64,000 nucleotides of DNA from an uncultured delta proteobacterium (GTDB lineage: Bacteria > Myxococcota_A > Polyangia > Haliangiales > Haliangiaceae). Positions within the stretch are counted from its first letter, which is position 1. Every line of letters starts with the position of its first letter. Shown one piece after another: positions 10,301 through 18,783 of the stretch. The translations under genes were made by a program, and so were the position numbers. The stretch lies in contig CAWKDB010000004.1 in assembly GCA_963848295.1 (NCBI GenBank), positions 1 to 64,000 on the forward strand. Direction: 5' to 3'. A model generated the notes under the pieces. That model did not search any database and was not told the origin of the DNA. It worked only from the letters and a program-made list of their open reading frames with translations.

Positions 10301-10444
10301 CGGGTGGCCAGATAACGGCCGGATCCGTCGCGGCAGCACGCCGACATCGTGCCCGTATAGCCGACGCTCCGTCGGATCAAACGAGACGCGGTCGGCGAAC
10401 ATCGTCTCGAGCTCTATGCGGCGCGCAGACGACAGTTCGTGCAT
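7349..10444 (-). CDS. FAD-binding plus 4Fe-4S plus CCG-domain oxidoreductase (GlcD/GlcF-type fusion)
   Basis: FAD-binding N-terminus, CSQCGYC and CTTCELC ferredoxin motifs, and cysteine-rich ENCC, HDSC, CCG and CPCC motifs. Confidence 0.9.
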   Translation of the reverse strand: MHELSSARRIELETMFADRVSFDPTERRLYGHDVGVLPRRIRPLSGHPVPDAVVQPQTEAELIELVRWAAEHGVPLTPRAKATSGYGGVVPVNRGLVVDLRRMTRVVRVDPAARTVTVEPSIVWERLDRELGTHGLTLRLYPSSYPSATVGGWLAQGGAGYGSYEFGWFRDNVISARLVLPSGEVRVLEGAELDVVSGAEGITGFISEVTLRVMAQEPLAIVGVRCPDPVSLAALLDGVVAAKLPIWSLGFVDPAMIELTNRCPPRAHPREDNVEMPVCYLVMLAMRAADAETTASRLDELIRTAHAERLADELARHEWDDRFRIMRVKRLGPSLVPAEVVVPLETLRETLEDLRSKIDQPLVLDGIAVARGANGEPEIVLLGFIPQDERTLGYDLAFGLALSVIKIAEHHGGRAYSTGLYFRHKARDVLGAEALDRLERFKHDVDPEGVMNPGKVIGAGVLSTAVRAAEAFEPVVRFVANRVKSEPGERRHGDKRGIPADVVEYAYACSQCGYCVDECDQFYGRGWESQSPRGKWFFLREYIEHKEEMSQKMVDSFLACTTCELCNVRCPEALPVEPSWMKLRGRLIQDEGRMTFPPFEIMKAATRAEGDIWAGYRKDRAAWFPEDLKATHGPSHKSKNVYFAGCTASYVEQDIGIGSVRLLDAAGVDFTYLAEQENCCATPMLAAGKWDVFAETMKKNVAAVKEAGADTVITSCPACDMMWRKVYPEWAEKLGIDYAITTKHYSELVSEKLEAGTFQFPKPVGDGKRHLDVVTWHDSCHIGRASGVYEPPRELLAALPDVELREMEHNREHAHCCGSVLTLLKDPAVAADVGKTRLDEAIAVGAEKVVALCPCCEFQLRVSADARKVDVEVVDLAHFAAERLGYKLPDPHPEVRAQWAVFEKMIALLTPEGFAGLLATMWPELIAAMPWGLGRVMRLFGKVPGVLRAMKPMFGVLFAFLLPKMMPELLPVMLDRITASVPMPEYMAAQMPQMIPGVMDALLPHMLPDVVKLVKDPLIAYLRGNPAPATA

Positions 10445-10456
10445 GACCCATACACA

Positions 10457-10472
10457 AGCATCGAGCGTGCCA
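10457..10472 (-). promoter_or_regulatory. Sigma-54 promoter
   Basis: TGGCACGCTCGATGCT; ATG 10444 is 14 nt after the -12 C. Confidence 0.75.
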
Positions 10473-10504
10473 CCGCCCCCTTGTTTCGCTGCTGTAGACG
10501 GTCG

Positions 10505-10547
10505 CGCAGCCCGTGCGGTGTTACGCCCCCCGAACGCAGGATTTGCG
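10505..10547. promoter_or_regulatory. Paired CGCA-N5-TGCG sites
   Basis: CGCAGCCCGTGCG (10505) and CGCAGGATTTGCG (10535), 30 bp apart, between divergent genes. Confidence 0.75.
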
Positions 10548-10568
10548 GAATCGTCGTTATGGTCGGCC

Positions 10569-10584
10569 GGACATGCTCTTTGCT
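10569..10584 (+). promoter_or_regulatory. Degenerate sigma-54 promoter
   Basis: GGACATGCTCTTTGCT (GA at -24); GTG 13 nt after the -12 C. Confidence 0.35.
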
Positions 10585-10595
10585 AGCATCGACTC

Positions 10596-11558
10596 GTGCT
10601 CTCACCTGGACTCGAAGTCGCGTGGCCTGGCTACGCACCGTGGGCGACGACGGTCGTGGCGTGCCGCCGCGAGTTCGTTCGCGTCGCGCGCAGCTTCTGG
10701 CTCATCCCCGAGCTGATCCCACCGATCGCGCGCGAGGACATCGCTCTGCTCTACTGTTTTTGTCGAAGGCTCGACGACGCCATCGACGAAGCGCCAGACA
10801 TCGAGCACGCGCGCGCCGCGCTCGCAGCATGGCGCGCGGAGCTCTCGGGGCACGCGGCGCCGCGGCCGCTGATCGCCGCGCTCCTCGCCGGGGTGCCACG
10901 CAACGGCTTGCCGCTCGAGTGCGCGTCGCACTTGCTCGAAGGGATGGAGGCCGATCTCGGCGTGGTCCAGATCTCCGACGACGACGAGCTCTTGCGCTAC
11001 GCGTATCGCGTGAGCGCCGCGGTCGGCCTCATGCTGGCACCGCTGTTGGGCGTGCGCGGCGAGGCGGCCGAGCAGCGCGTCGTCGATCTCGGCCTCGCGC
11101 TGCAGGTGAGCAACATCCTCATCGGCGTCGCGGGCGATGCGCGACGCGATCGCGTGTACTTGCCCGCGACTCGCCTCGCCGCCGCCGGCCTCAGCCCGGC
11201 GGATGTGTTGCGCGCTCCGGGAGATCCTCGGTTGCGCGTGGTGTTGCAGGGCTTGGCGGCCCTCGCCGACGACTATTATCGCAGCGCAGCCGCTGGAGCC
11301 GCGGTGGTCCCGCTCCGTTATCGACACGGCGTACTGCTGCTGGGCCGCGTGTACGGCGAGCTCGGTAGGCGCGCGGCCCGAGGAGAAGCGACGCCGGACG
11401 TCCCCGCGCAGCTGCCGTTCCGCGCCAAGGCGGTGCGGCTCGGGGAGCTGTTCCTCCGCGCATGGCACCCGCGAACGCTCGGGCTTGCGGCTTCACGTTC
11501 GCACGATGCGACGCTGCACCGAGCTGTCGCCGGCTTGCGCGGGGCTCACGTCGCTTGA
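10596..11558 (+). CDS. Squalene/phytoene synthase-family protein
   Basis: SFW, LYCFCRRLDDAIDE, YAYRVSAAVG, LGLALQVSNI and RVYLP motifs. Confidence 0.85.
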   Translation: MLSPGLEVAWPGYAPWATTVVACRREFVRVARSFWLIPELIPPIAREDIALLYCFCRRLDDAIDEAPDIEHARAALAAWRAELSGHAAPRPLIAALLAGVPRNGLPLECASHLLEGMEADLGVVQISDDDELLRYAYRVSAAVGLMLAPLLGVRGEAAEQRVVDLGLALQVSNILIGVAGDARRDRVYLPATRLAAAGLSPADVLRAPGDPRLRVVLQGLAALADDYYRSAAAGAAVVPLRYRHGVLLLGRVYGELGRRAARGEATPDVPAQLPFRAKAVRLGELFLRAWHPRTLGLAASRSHDATLHRAVAGLRGAHVA

Positions 11559-11564
11559 GCACCC

Positions 11565-11580
11565 GCGCACAGTTCTTGCG
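11565..11580 (+). promoter_or_regulatory. Degenerate sigma-54 promoter
   Basis: GCGCACAGTTCTTGCG (CG at -24); GTG 13 nt after the -12 C. Confidence 0.4.
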
Positions 11581-11591
11581 ATGCACCGGAT

Positions 11592-12557
11592 GTGAACGGA
11601 GTGAGCGCGCAACAATCGACATCATGGCTCGCGACTTCCACGTTACCGCGCATTGTTTTCGTGCTCGGCAAGGGCGGCGTGGGGCGGAGCACCGTCGCGG
11701 CGGCACTCGGTCTGCAGCTAGCGGAGCGCGGCGAGCGAGTGCTCGTGCTGGAGTGGGCGGTCGCCGATTGTATCGGCCCGTGGTTCGGCGCGCCGGTGGT
11801 CGGCTCCAAGCCAGTCTCGATCACGCCGCGCCTCTCGCTGTGCAACTATGCGCTCGAAGAAGCACTGCGCGCGTACTTCGTCGATCACCTTCATCTCGGG
11901 TTGGTCTATCGGCACATCGTCCGCTCCCCGGCGGTGGCACAGGTGCTCGAAGTCGCGCCCGGTGTTGCGGAGATGCTGTTCCTGGGCGAGCTGTGGTGGC
12001 TGATCACGCTCGCCGAACGCGAGGTCGGCTTGCGCTTCGATCGGATCGTCGTCGATGCGCCGGCGACCGGTCACGGGGCATCGCTCCTCGACGTGCCCTC
12101 GACCCTGTCGACCATGGGTGTGTCGAAGCTGCTCGCGGTGGAGACCCGCCGCGTGACCGAGATGATGGCGGATCCCGCGCGCGTCGGCGCGGTCGTCGTC
12201 AGCCTGCCGGAGCCGCTGGTGGTCGACGAGACGCTCGAGCTGATCCCCCGCGTCACGGCGCGCCTCGGCCGCGCGCCGCTCGCGCTGGTCGTGAACCGCA
12301 GCGCGGTGACGATCGCGAACGACGCAGAGCACCCGGCCTGGCTCGACGACCTGCGCGGGCGCGTCTCGGTGCACGCGTATCGCGCGATCGAGGCGTTGCG
12401 CGACGAGTTGCGCGCGCACGTCGAGCTCGAGCTCGAGCTGCGACGGCGGGTTCGAGGCGCGGTCGCTGCCGGCGTCGTTTCGCTCGCAGAGCTCCCAGGC
12501 CGTGCGCCGATCGACGTCGTGCGCAACATCGCGCACATCCTTGGTGAGTCGCGATGA
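11592..12557 (+). CDS. ArsA/Get3-family ATPase, subunit 1
   Basis: GKGGVGRST, APGVAE and DAPATGH motifs. Confidence 0.85.
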   Translation: MNGVSAQQSTSWLATSTLPRIVFVLGKGGVGRSTVAAALGLQLAERGERVLVLEWAVADCIGPWFGAPVVGSKPVSITPRLSLCNYALEEALRAYFVDHLHLGLVYRHIVRSPAVAQVLEVAPGVAEMLFLGELWWLITLAEREVGLRFDRIVVDAPATGHGASLLDVPSTLSTMGVSKLLAVETRRVTEMMADPARVGAVVVSLPEPLVVDETLELIPRVTARLGRAPLALVVNRSAVTIANDAEHPAWLDDLRGRVSVHAYRAIEALRDELRAHVELELELRRRVRGAVAAGVVSLAELPGRAPIDVVRNIAHILGESR

Positions 12558-13618
12558 CGGCACGACTCCATGTCCTGCTCGGCGGCGGCGGTGTCGGCAA
12601 GACCACGCTCGCGGCGGGATACGCGCTCGCGCTCGCGCAGCGCGGCAGGCGCGTCGGCCTGTTGGGGATCGATCCGTCGCGGCGACTCCAAGACGCCCTC
12701 GGCCTCGAGCTCGCGGATCTCGACGCGCCGGTCCCGGGAGCAGGCGACCTGCGCGCGGCGATCGTCCATCCGCATCAGGCTCTCGAGCGCTGGGCCGCGG
12801 AGACATGTCCGGATCGCGACGCGCTCGCACGGCTCGAGCGCAATCCGTTCTTTGCAGCGCTCGGCGATCGCCTCGCGACCGCAACCGATATCCTGGCCGC
12901 GGTGAGGATCGCGGAGTGGGCCGAGCGAGATCCGGCGCTCACCGATCTCGTGGTGGACACCGCACCCGGCATCGCCGCGGTTGATTTCCTGCGTTCACCC
13001 CGCCAGGTCGAGGCGCTCGTCAACGGTGCGCTGGTCCGGTGGTTGCGCGGCGCCGCGACCGCGAGCAATGGACACTTCCAGGGCGTGGGCTTCGTCGCCG
13101 GCCGGGTTCTCGGAGTGCTCTCCCGCGTCACCGGGACGCGCATGGTGGCCGATCTCGCCGAGTTCTTCACGCTCGCGCATGCGCCGCTCGAGCGCATTCT
13201 GGTGCGGATCGAAGCCGCGCAGCGCTGGCTCCAGTCCGCGCAGACCGAGCTATTGATCGTCACGTCGCCTCGCGACACCGGTGCGAGCGCGGCCCAACGC
13301 CTCGTGGAGGTCCTGCGCGACGAGCAGCTGTCGCCACGCGCGCTGATCGTCAATCGCACGTGGCCGGCCGACGTGTCGAGCGAGCTCGCCGCGATCGAGG
13401 TTCCGGCCGGATCGGAGGCGTTCGTCGGCTACGTGCGCGCGGAGCTCGATGCGCAGACTGCGGTCTTTGCGGCTGTCTCTAGACTCTCGACCGCCGTGGT
13501 CACGCTTGCTTCGAATCCGGCGCTCGATCGCGCACGGCGGCCAGCGCTCGTCGAGCTGGGGACGGCACTCGTGCTGGGCCTCGACGCAGCACCGCGCGAC
13601 CCCGCACGTGCGGCTTGA
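12554..13618 (+). CDS. ArsA/Get3-family ATPase, subunit 2
   Basis: GGGGVGKTT, IDPSRRL and DTAP motifs; 4-nt overlap with subunit 1. Confidence 0.85.
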   Translation: MTARLHVLLGGGGVGKTTLAAGYALALAQRGRRVGLLGIDPSRRLQDALGLELADLDAPVPGAGDLRAAIVHPHQALERWAAETCPDRDALARLERNPFFAALGDRLATATDILAAVRIAEWAERDPALTDLVVDTAPGIAAVDFLRSPRQVEALVNGALVRWLRGAATASNGHFQGVGFVAGRVLGVLSRVTGTRMVADLAEFFTLAHAPLERILVRIEAAQRWLQSAQTELLIVTSPRDTGASAAQRLVEVLRDEQLSPRALIVNRTWPADVSSELAAIEVPAGSEAFVGYVRAELDAQTAVFAAVSRLSTAVVTLASNPALDRARRPALVELGTALVLGLDAAPRDPARAA

Positions 13619-13642
13619 TCCGCGATAGCGCCGCATCGCGGA

Positions 13643-14293
13643 TCACCAGCCGAGGATCGCGACGACCACGCCGGTCGCGACGATCAGACCGCCGGCGGCG
13701 CTATCGCCATAGCGTTCCGCCCAGCGGCCTCGAATCACCGAAGCACCGGCGCGCGCCGCCGTGGTCAGCGCGACCATCGTGGCGATCGTCGCGAGCTCGT
13801 AGACCAGCACGATCGCGAGCGTCGCGCCGCGAGATAGGGGAGCCGCCGCGAACACGATCGGGACGACCGCGACGCATGGATCCGCGCAGTAGATCGCGAA
13901 CAGCGTCCACACGGTCGTCTTCGGCGCATCGTGAACGTGACCGAAGTGTGCGTGGTCGTGACCGTGAAGCCGACGCGCGATCAGGTGCCGCGCGCCCCAC
14001 AGGGCGTACGCGGCGCCAAACCCGATCAGCAACACGCCGGCGACTGCGCCGGAGCGCGCGCCCAACGCCTCGATCACCGCGACGCCGGAGACCAGGGCGA
14101 CGATGCCCAGCGTGGCCGAGACCGTCACGTGCCCGAAGCCGCAGAGGAGCGCGATCCGCGCGGTCCGGCGTAGCGACCAGCCTCGTGCGCGCGATACTGC
14201 AGCGACCGGGACCCAATGATCGGGCGCGAGCGAGTGGAGGGCGCCGACCGTCGCCGCCGCGATCGCCAGTGCGGGTCCGAGCGCTGCGGTCAT
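13643..14293 (-). CDS. Nickel/cobalt transporter-like membrane protein
   Basis: GALHSLAPDHW, His-rich loop HGHDHAHFGHVH, about 6 TM helices; overlaps the hypB stop. Confidence 0.8.
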   Translation of the reverse strand: MTAALGPALAIAAATVGALHSLAPDHWVPVAAVSRARGWSLRRTARIALLCGFGHVTVSATLGIVALVSGVAVIEALGARSGAVAGVLLIGFGAAYALWGARHLIARRLHGHDHAHFGHVHDAPKTTVWTLFAIYCADPCVAVVPIVFAAAPLSRGATLAIVLVYELATIATMVALTTAARAGASVIRGRWAERYGDSAAGGLIVATGVVVAILGW

Positions 14294-15054
14294 CGCGTGG
14301 TCCGGATCGACGACTGCGCGCGTGTACCCGCCGGCAGCGCCACGCGGAGTGACGTCGATGCGACCACTCGGGCGATCGGACGCCGCGCCTCGAGCCAGGC
14401 AAGCCACTCGGGGATGCCCTCGCCGGTCTTGCCGGAGATCGCGATCATCCGGGGTTCGGGCATGACGCGGGCGAGCCCGTCGCGGATCGCGTCGAGGTCG
14501 ACCTCGAGGTGCGGCAGAAGGTCGACCTTGGTGAGCAAGACGAGATCGGCGTGTTGGAACATCACGGGGTACTTGAGCGGCTTATCTTCGCCCTCGGTGA
14601 CCGACAGCGCGACGACGTTGGCGGCTTGGCCGAGATCGTAGATCGCGGGGCACACCAGGTTGCCGACGTTCTCGATGAAGAACACGTCGAGCTCGCGCCA
14701 CGGCAGATCGTGCAGGGCGTCGTGAACCAGGCGCGCATCGAGGTGACATGCCGATCCGGTCGTGATCGGCGCGGCCGTGATCCCCGCCGCGCGGAGGCGC
14801 TGCGCGTCGCGGTCCGTGGCCAGGTCACCGGAGACCGCTCCGAGCCGGAGGTGTGGGCCGGCGAGCCGGGCGGTTTGTTCGAGCACGGCGGTCTTGCCGG
14901 CGCCGGGCGATCCCATGAGGTTGATGGCCAGCACGCCGGCCTCGACGAAGTGCTCGCGCAGATGCGCCGCGCGCGCGTCGTTGTCGGCGAGGATGCGCTC
15001 GTGGATCGCCACCGGCACGAGCTCCGAGTCACCACATCCGCAGTCTTCACACAT
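14290..15054 (-). CDS. hypB: Hydrogenase nickel incorporation GTPase
   Basis: MCEDCGC, GSPGAGKT, CHLDA and ENVGNLVCP motifs. Confidence 0.95.
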   Translation of the reverse strand: MCEDCGCGDSELVPVAIHERILADNDARAAHLREHFVEAGVLAINLMGSPGAGKTAVLEQTARLAGPHLRLGAVSGDLATDRDAQRLRAAGITAAPITTGSACHLDARLVHDALHDLPWRELDVFFIENVGNLVCPAIYDLGQAANVVALSVTEGEDKPLKYPVMFQHADLVLLTKVDLLPHLEVDLDAIRDGLARVMPEPRMIAISGKTGEGIPEWLAWLEARRPIARVVASTSLRVALPAGTRAQSSIRTTR

Positions 15055-15388
15055 CGCGAACCTCCATCTCGATCCGATCGAGGAAGATGTCATCACCCGC
15101 TTCGAGCCGCGCCGGGCCGTCGCAGCAGCGCAGGACCGCGCCGCGAACCAGCGCGCGATCGCATTTCCGGCATCGCCACACCGCCGGTACGGGAACGATC
15201 GCGAGCTCGGCATCCTCACAGACCGTGCGTGCGCGAAACGTCTCGAAGGCCGTGCGTAGCAGCGGAATCTCCACGCCGGCGAGCTCGCCGATCCGGACGT
15301 GCAGGCGGTGCACGATGGCTCCCGGCCGCGTGTCGACTTCGCGCTGCACGCGATCGACCAGCGACGCGACGATCGAGTACTCGTGCAC
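15047..15388 (-). CDS. hypA: Hydrogenase nickel metallochaperone
   Basis: MHEYS start, IGELAGV, and CRKC/RCC zinc site. Confidence 0.95.
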   Translation of the reverse strand: MHEYSIVASLVDRVQREVDTRPGAIVHRLHVRIGELAGVEIPLLRTAFETFRARTVCEDAELAIVPVPAVWRCRKCDRALVRGAVLRCCDGPARLEAGDDIFLDRIEMEVRDV

Positions 15389-16221
15389 TACTCGACTCCG
15401 AACAGCGGCGCTCGGCGCGCGAAGAACGCGGCGAGACCTTCGGCGAAGTTCGGTCCGTTCGCGATCCGCGCGAGCTCCGTGAGCTCGGCGTCGAGATGAT
15501 TATCGAGACGATCCATCCCGGCGGCGCGATTGAGCAACTGCTTGGCGACCCCGACCGCGGTCGTCGGAGCTTCCGCGAGCCGGTGCGCCAGCTCGAGGGC
15601 ACGCGCGTCGAGATCGGCGTCGGCGGTGACCTCGTTCAACAGGCCGATCGCGAGCGCCTCGCGCGAGGTCAGCCGCGGCCCGAGCAGGACGAGCTCCATC
15701 GCCTTGCGAAAGCCGACGAGGCGCGGCAGGAAAAACGTCGTGCTCTCGGCGCCGGTCAGCCCGGTCTTGAAGTAGCCCCACTCGAACGTCGCGCGCTCGG
15801 ACGCGATCACGAGATCGCACGCCATCGCGATCCCGAGGCCCCCGGCGGCGGTCGGGCCGTCGACCGCGGCGAGCCACGGCTTCGGCGCGCGGCGGATCTC
15901 GGAGATCGTCGAGTGGATGTACTCGAGGATCTGCTTGAACACCGCGCCGTAGCCGCCGGCCGCGGGCCGTGCCTCGGGAGACAGGTAGGCGACGTCCTCG
16001 TCGCCGCCCCGCGCGATGTACTTGAGATCGGCGCCGCTGCAGAACACGCCGCCATCGCCGCGCAGGACGACCGCGCGGACCTCGCGATCGCGCGCGAGCT
16101 GGAGGCCGGCCTTGCGCAAGTCCTGGGCGGTCTCGACGTCGAGCGAGTTGAACCGATCACGCCGCGCGATCGTGAGCACGCCGACGGCGCCGTGGCGTTC
16201 GATGCGGATGTGGTTGCCCAT
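15388..16221 (-). CDS. Enoyl-CoA hydratase/isomerase (crotonase) family protein
   Basis: FCSGADL, KPWLAAVDG, AAGGLGIAMACD and EGLAAF motifs. Confidence 0.9.
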   Translation of the reverse strand: MGNHIRIERHGAVGVLTIARRDRFNSLDVETAQDLRKAGLQLARDREVRAVVLRGDGGVFCSGADLKYIARGGDEDVAYLSPEARPAAGGYGAVFKQILEYIHSTISEIRRAPKPWLAAVDGPTAAGGLGIAMACDLVIASERATFEWGYFKTGLTGAESTTFFLPRLVGFRKAMELVLLGPRLTSREALAIGLLNEVTADADLDARALELAHRLAEAPTTAVGVAKQLLNRAAGMDRLDNHLDAELTELARIANGPNFAEGLAAFFARRAPLFGVE

Positions 16222-16228
16222 GGTGCCC

Positions 16229-17266
16229 TCAGCAGATCCTCGGTTGGAGCTCGCCTTCAGCCTCGACGAGCAGCCGGCGGCCGAACCCGGTATCGGCGAT
16301 CACGCTGCCGGGTCGGTCCTCGACGCACTCGCCGACGATTGCCGCTCCGCGGCCGAGCGGGTGCGACCGGATCGCATCGAGCACCGCGTCGGCGCGCTCG
16401 GGGCGGATGCCGATCACGGCCTTGCCTTCGTTCGCGACCAGCAATGGATCGATCCCGAGTAGCTCGCCAACCGCGCGTACATCATCGCGGATCGGGACAG
16501 CGCGTTCGTCGAGGATCACGCCGACGCGGCTCTTGTCGGCCATCTCGCGTAGCGCGCTCGCGAGCCCGCCGCGGGTCGGGTCCTTCATCGCGACGATCGC
16601 ATCGCCGCCGACCGCGAGCGCGCGGCGGATCAAGCTGTTGAGCGGCGCGACGTCGGATGCGAGCGCGGTATCGAGCGCGAGCTCGCCGCGGGTCGCGAGG
16701 ATCGCGAGCCCGTGGTCGCCCATCGTGCCGGTGACGATGATCCGATCGCCGGGCCGCAGCCCACAGTCCGGCACGACCCGCGAGGTCAGGGCGACGCCGG
16801 TCGTCGTCAGCACGATCCGATCGAGCTCGCCCTTGCGCATCACTTTGGTATCGCCAGTGACGATCGTCGTGCCGGCTTCCTCGCAGGCGATCCGGATCGA
16901 CGCCCAGATTCGCTCGAGCTCGGCGCGCGGGAAGCCGTCCTCGAGGATCGCGGCGCAGGTGAGCGCGAGAGGCTCGGTCGCGCCCATCATCGCGAGGTCG
17001 TTGACGGTGCCGCACACCGCCAGCCTGCCGATGTCGCCGCCGGGAAAGAACACCGGTTGCACGACGTGGGAATCGGTCGTCACGACCAGCCACCTGTCAC
17101 CGACCGGGATCGCCGCGCCGTCGTCCATCGCCGACAGACCGATGCCTCCGGCAACGTCACCGAATCCAGGTGCGAACACCTGCTCGATCAACGCGCGCAT
17201 CGCGCCACCACCGGCGCCATACTTCAGCGTGATCCGCTCGTCGACGAAACTCGGATTCCTGATCAC
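16229..17266 (-). CDS. hypE: Hydrogenase maturation carbamoyl dehydratase
   Basis: GAGG, TTDSHVV, GTVNDLAMMGA, DPTRGG and C-terminal PRIC; GTG start overlaps the hypD stop. Confidence 0.95.
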   Translation of the reverse strand: MIRNPSFVDERITLKYGAGGGAMRALIEQVFAPGFGDVAGGIGLSAMDDGAAIPVGDRWLVVTTDSHVVQPVFFPGGDIGRLAVCGTVNDLAMMGATEPLALTCAAILEDGFPRAELERIWASIRIACEEAGTTIVTGDTKVMRKGELDRIVLTTTGVALTSRVVPDCGLRPGDRIIVTGTMGDHGLAILATRGELALDTALASDVAPLNSLIRRALAVGGDAIVAMKDPTRGGLASALREMADKSRVGVILDERAVPIRDDVRAVGELLGIDPLLVANEGKAVIGIRPERADAVLDAIRSHPLGRGAAIVGECVEDRPGSVIADTGFGRRLLVEAEGELQPRIC

Positions 17267-18402
17267 GACGCGCGCCTGCCGATCTGTCGCAAGTCCGGGT
17301 GGCCGCCGTACTGATGCCAGATCTTGCACGTCCCCTCGGCGCTCACCATGCAGGCCCCGACCGGCGAGCCGGGGGTGCACTCGTTACCGAACAGCGTGCA
17401 GTCGTGCGGCGACGCGATGCCCGCCATGATGTCGCCGCACTGGCACTGCGCGACGAGCGCCGGAGGCGTCTGATCCAGCAGCGCCCCGAGGTCGATGTCG
17501 AACCGCCTTCGCGCGTCCCATGCCGCGAACTCGTCGCGCAATCTGAGATTGCCGTTCGGCACGTGCGCGATCCCGCGCCATCGGCCGCCCTGGAGCTCGA
17601 ACACGCGCCACAGGCGCGCTTGTGCCTCGAGGTTGCCTTCGCGGGTCACGCAGCGCGGAAAGCAGTTGTCAACACTTGGCTCGCCCGACGCGATGATCTC
17701 GACGAGCCGCACCAGGCCCGCGAGGATGTCGAGCGGTTCGAAGCCCGCGACAACGACCGGCACCCGATGGCGCTCGACGAACCGCTCGAACACGCCCCAT
17801 CCGGTGATCGTTGCGGCATGCCCGGCGGCGAGAAAGCCTTCGATCTTCGAGCCGGGCATCTCGGCGACGATCTCCATGACCGGCGGGATGTACTTGTGCG
17901 CCGACAGGATCGAGAAGTTCGGCGGCGGATCGGCAAGCAGCACCGCGGCCGTCGCGACCGCGGTCGTCTCGAACCCCGATGCGAAGAACACGAGCGGCTC
18001 GGAAATCGTTCGTGCGAGCTCGGCGGCCTGTCCCACGCCGTACACGACGTCGACCTTCGCGCCCTCGGAGCGCGCGTCGGCGAGCGACTTCGCGGTGCCC
18101 GGGACGCGGAGCATGTCGCCGTAGGTCGCGATCCGGACGCCTTGGAGCGCGAGTGCGACGGCCTCGTCGACCTCGGGCACGTCGGTGACGCACACCGGGC
18201 ACCCCGGGCCCATCCTGACGTCGAGCTCCGCGGGCAACGCCGCGCGTAGCCCGAACTTCGCGATTGCCTGCTCGTGACTCCCGCACACGTGCATGATCGA
18301 TACGGGGGCTCGGCCGATCGCGCGAGCTCGATCGGCGAGGGTCGCCTCGAGCGCTGCGGCGCGCTGGGGATCGCGAAACTTCAGCTGGTCGAAGCTATTC
18401 AC
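17263..18402 (-). CDS. hypD: Hydrogenase maturation protein HypD
   Basis: HVCGSHE, GPGCPVC, GFETT and PVGACMVSAEGTC motifs. Confidence 0.95.
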   Translation of the reverse strand: MNSFDQLKFRDPQRAAALEATLADRARAIGRAPVSIMHVCGSHEQAIAKFGLRAALPAELDVRMGPGCPVCVTDVPEVDEAVALALQGVRIATYGDMLRVPGTAKSLADARSEGAKVDVVYGVGQAAELARTISEPLVFFASGFETTAVATAAVLLADPPPNFSILSAHKYIPPVMEIVAEMPGSKIEGFLAAGHAATITGWGVFERFVERHRVPVVVAGFEPLDILAGLVRLVEIIASGEPSVDNCFPRCVTREGNLEAQARLWRVFELQGGRWRGIAHVPNGNLRLRDEFAAWDARRRFDIDLGALLDQTPPALVAQCQCGDIMAGIASPHDCTLFGNECTPGSPVGACMVSAEGTCKIWHQYGGHPDLRQIGRRAS

Positions 18403-18682
18403 GGTGGGATCCCGTCGCGTCGAGCTCGCCACGAACGTCGGCAGCCATGAGGTCATCGGCGTCGGCCCGCCGCAGCAGCTCGTCGTACATCGCGAGGGTC
18501 TCGCCGATCTCCGAGGCCGGGATCCGCCGGATCGCGAAGCCGACGTGGTTGAGCACGTAGTCTCCAGGCGCGACGGGCGCATCCACGACATCCAGGCGCA
18601 CCGGCTTGGTGACGCCCCAGAAATCGACGAGCGCGATGTCGCCTTCGATCGAGATCACGCGGCCGGGAACGCCGAGGCACAT
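18395..18682 (-). CDS. hypC: Hydrogenase chaperone HypC
   Basis: MCLGVPG start and GDYVLNHVGFAI. Confidence 0.95.
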   Translation of the reverse strand: MCLGVPGRVISIEGDIALVDFWGVTKPVRLDVVDAPVAPGDYVLNHVGFAIRRIPASEIGETLAMYDELLRRADADDLMAADVRGELDATGSHRE

Positions 18683-18695
18683 GTCGGTGTGCGGT

Positions 18696-18711
18696 TGCAT
18701 CGCGCATGCCC
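18696..18711 (-). promoter_or_regulatory. Sigma-54 promoter (internal, before hypC)
   Basis: GGGCATGCGCGATGCA; ATG 15 nt after the -12 C. Confidence 0.7.
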
Positions 18712-18740
18712 GCAGAAAACGTCGTCAGGTGGCGATTTCA

Positions 18741-18783
18741 CGCACCGATTGCGCGGTGCGCGGGCGATCGCGAAGATCATGCG
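18741..18783. promoter_or_regulatory. Paired CGCA-N5-TGCG sites
   Basis: CGCACCGATTGCG (18741) and CGAAGATCATGCG (18771), 30 bp apart. Confidence 0.6.

Noticed and set aside
11592..13618. Arsenic resistance operon
   Set aside because: No arsB, acr3, arsC, arsD or arsR, and no obvious metalloid-binding Cys cluster.
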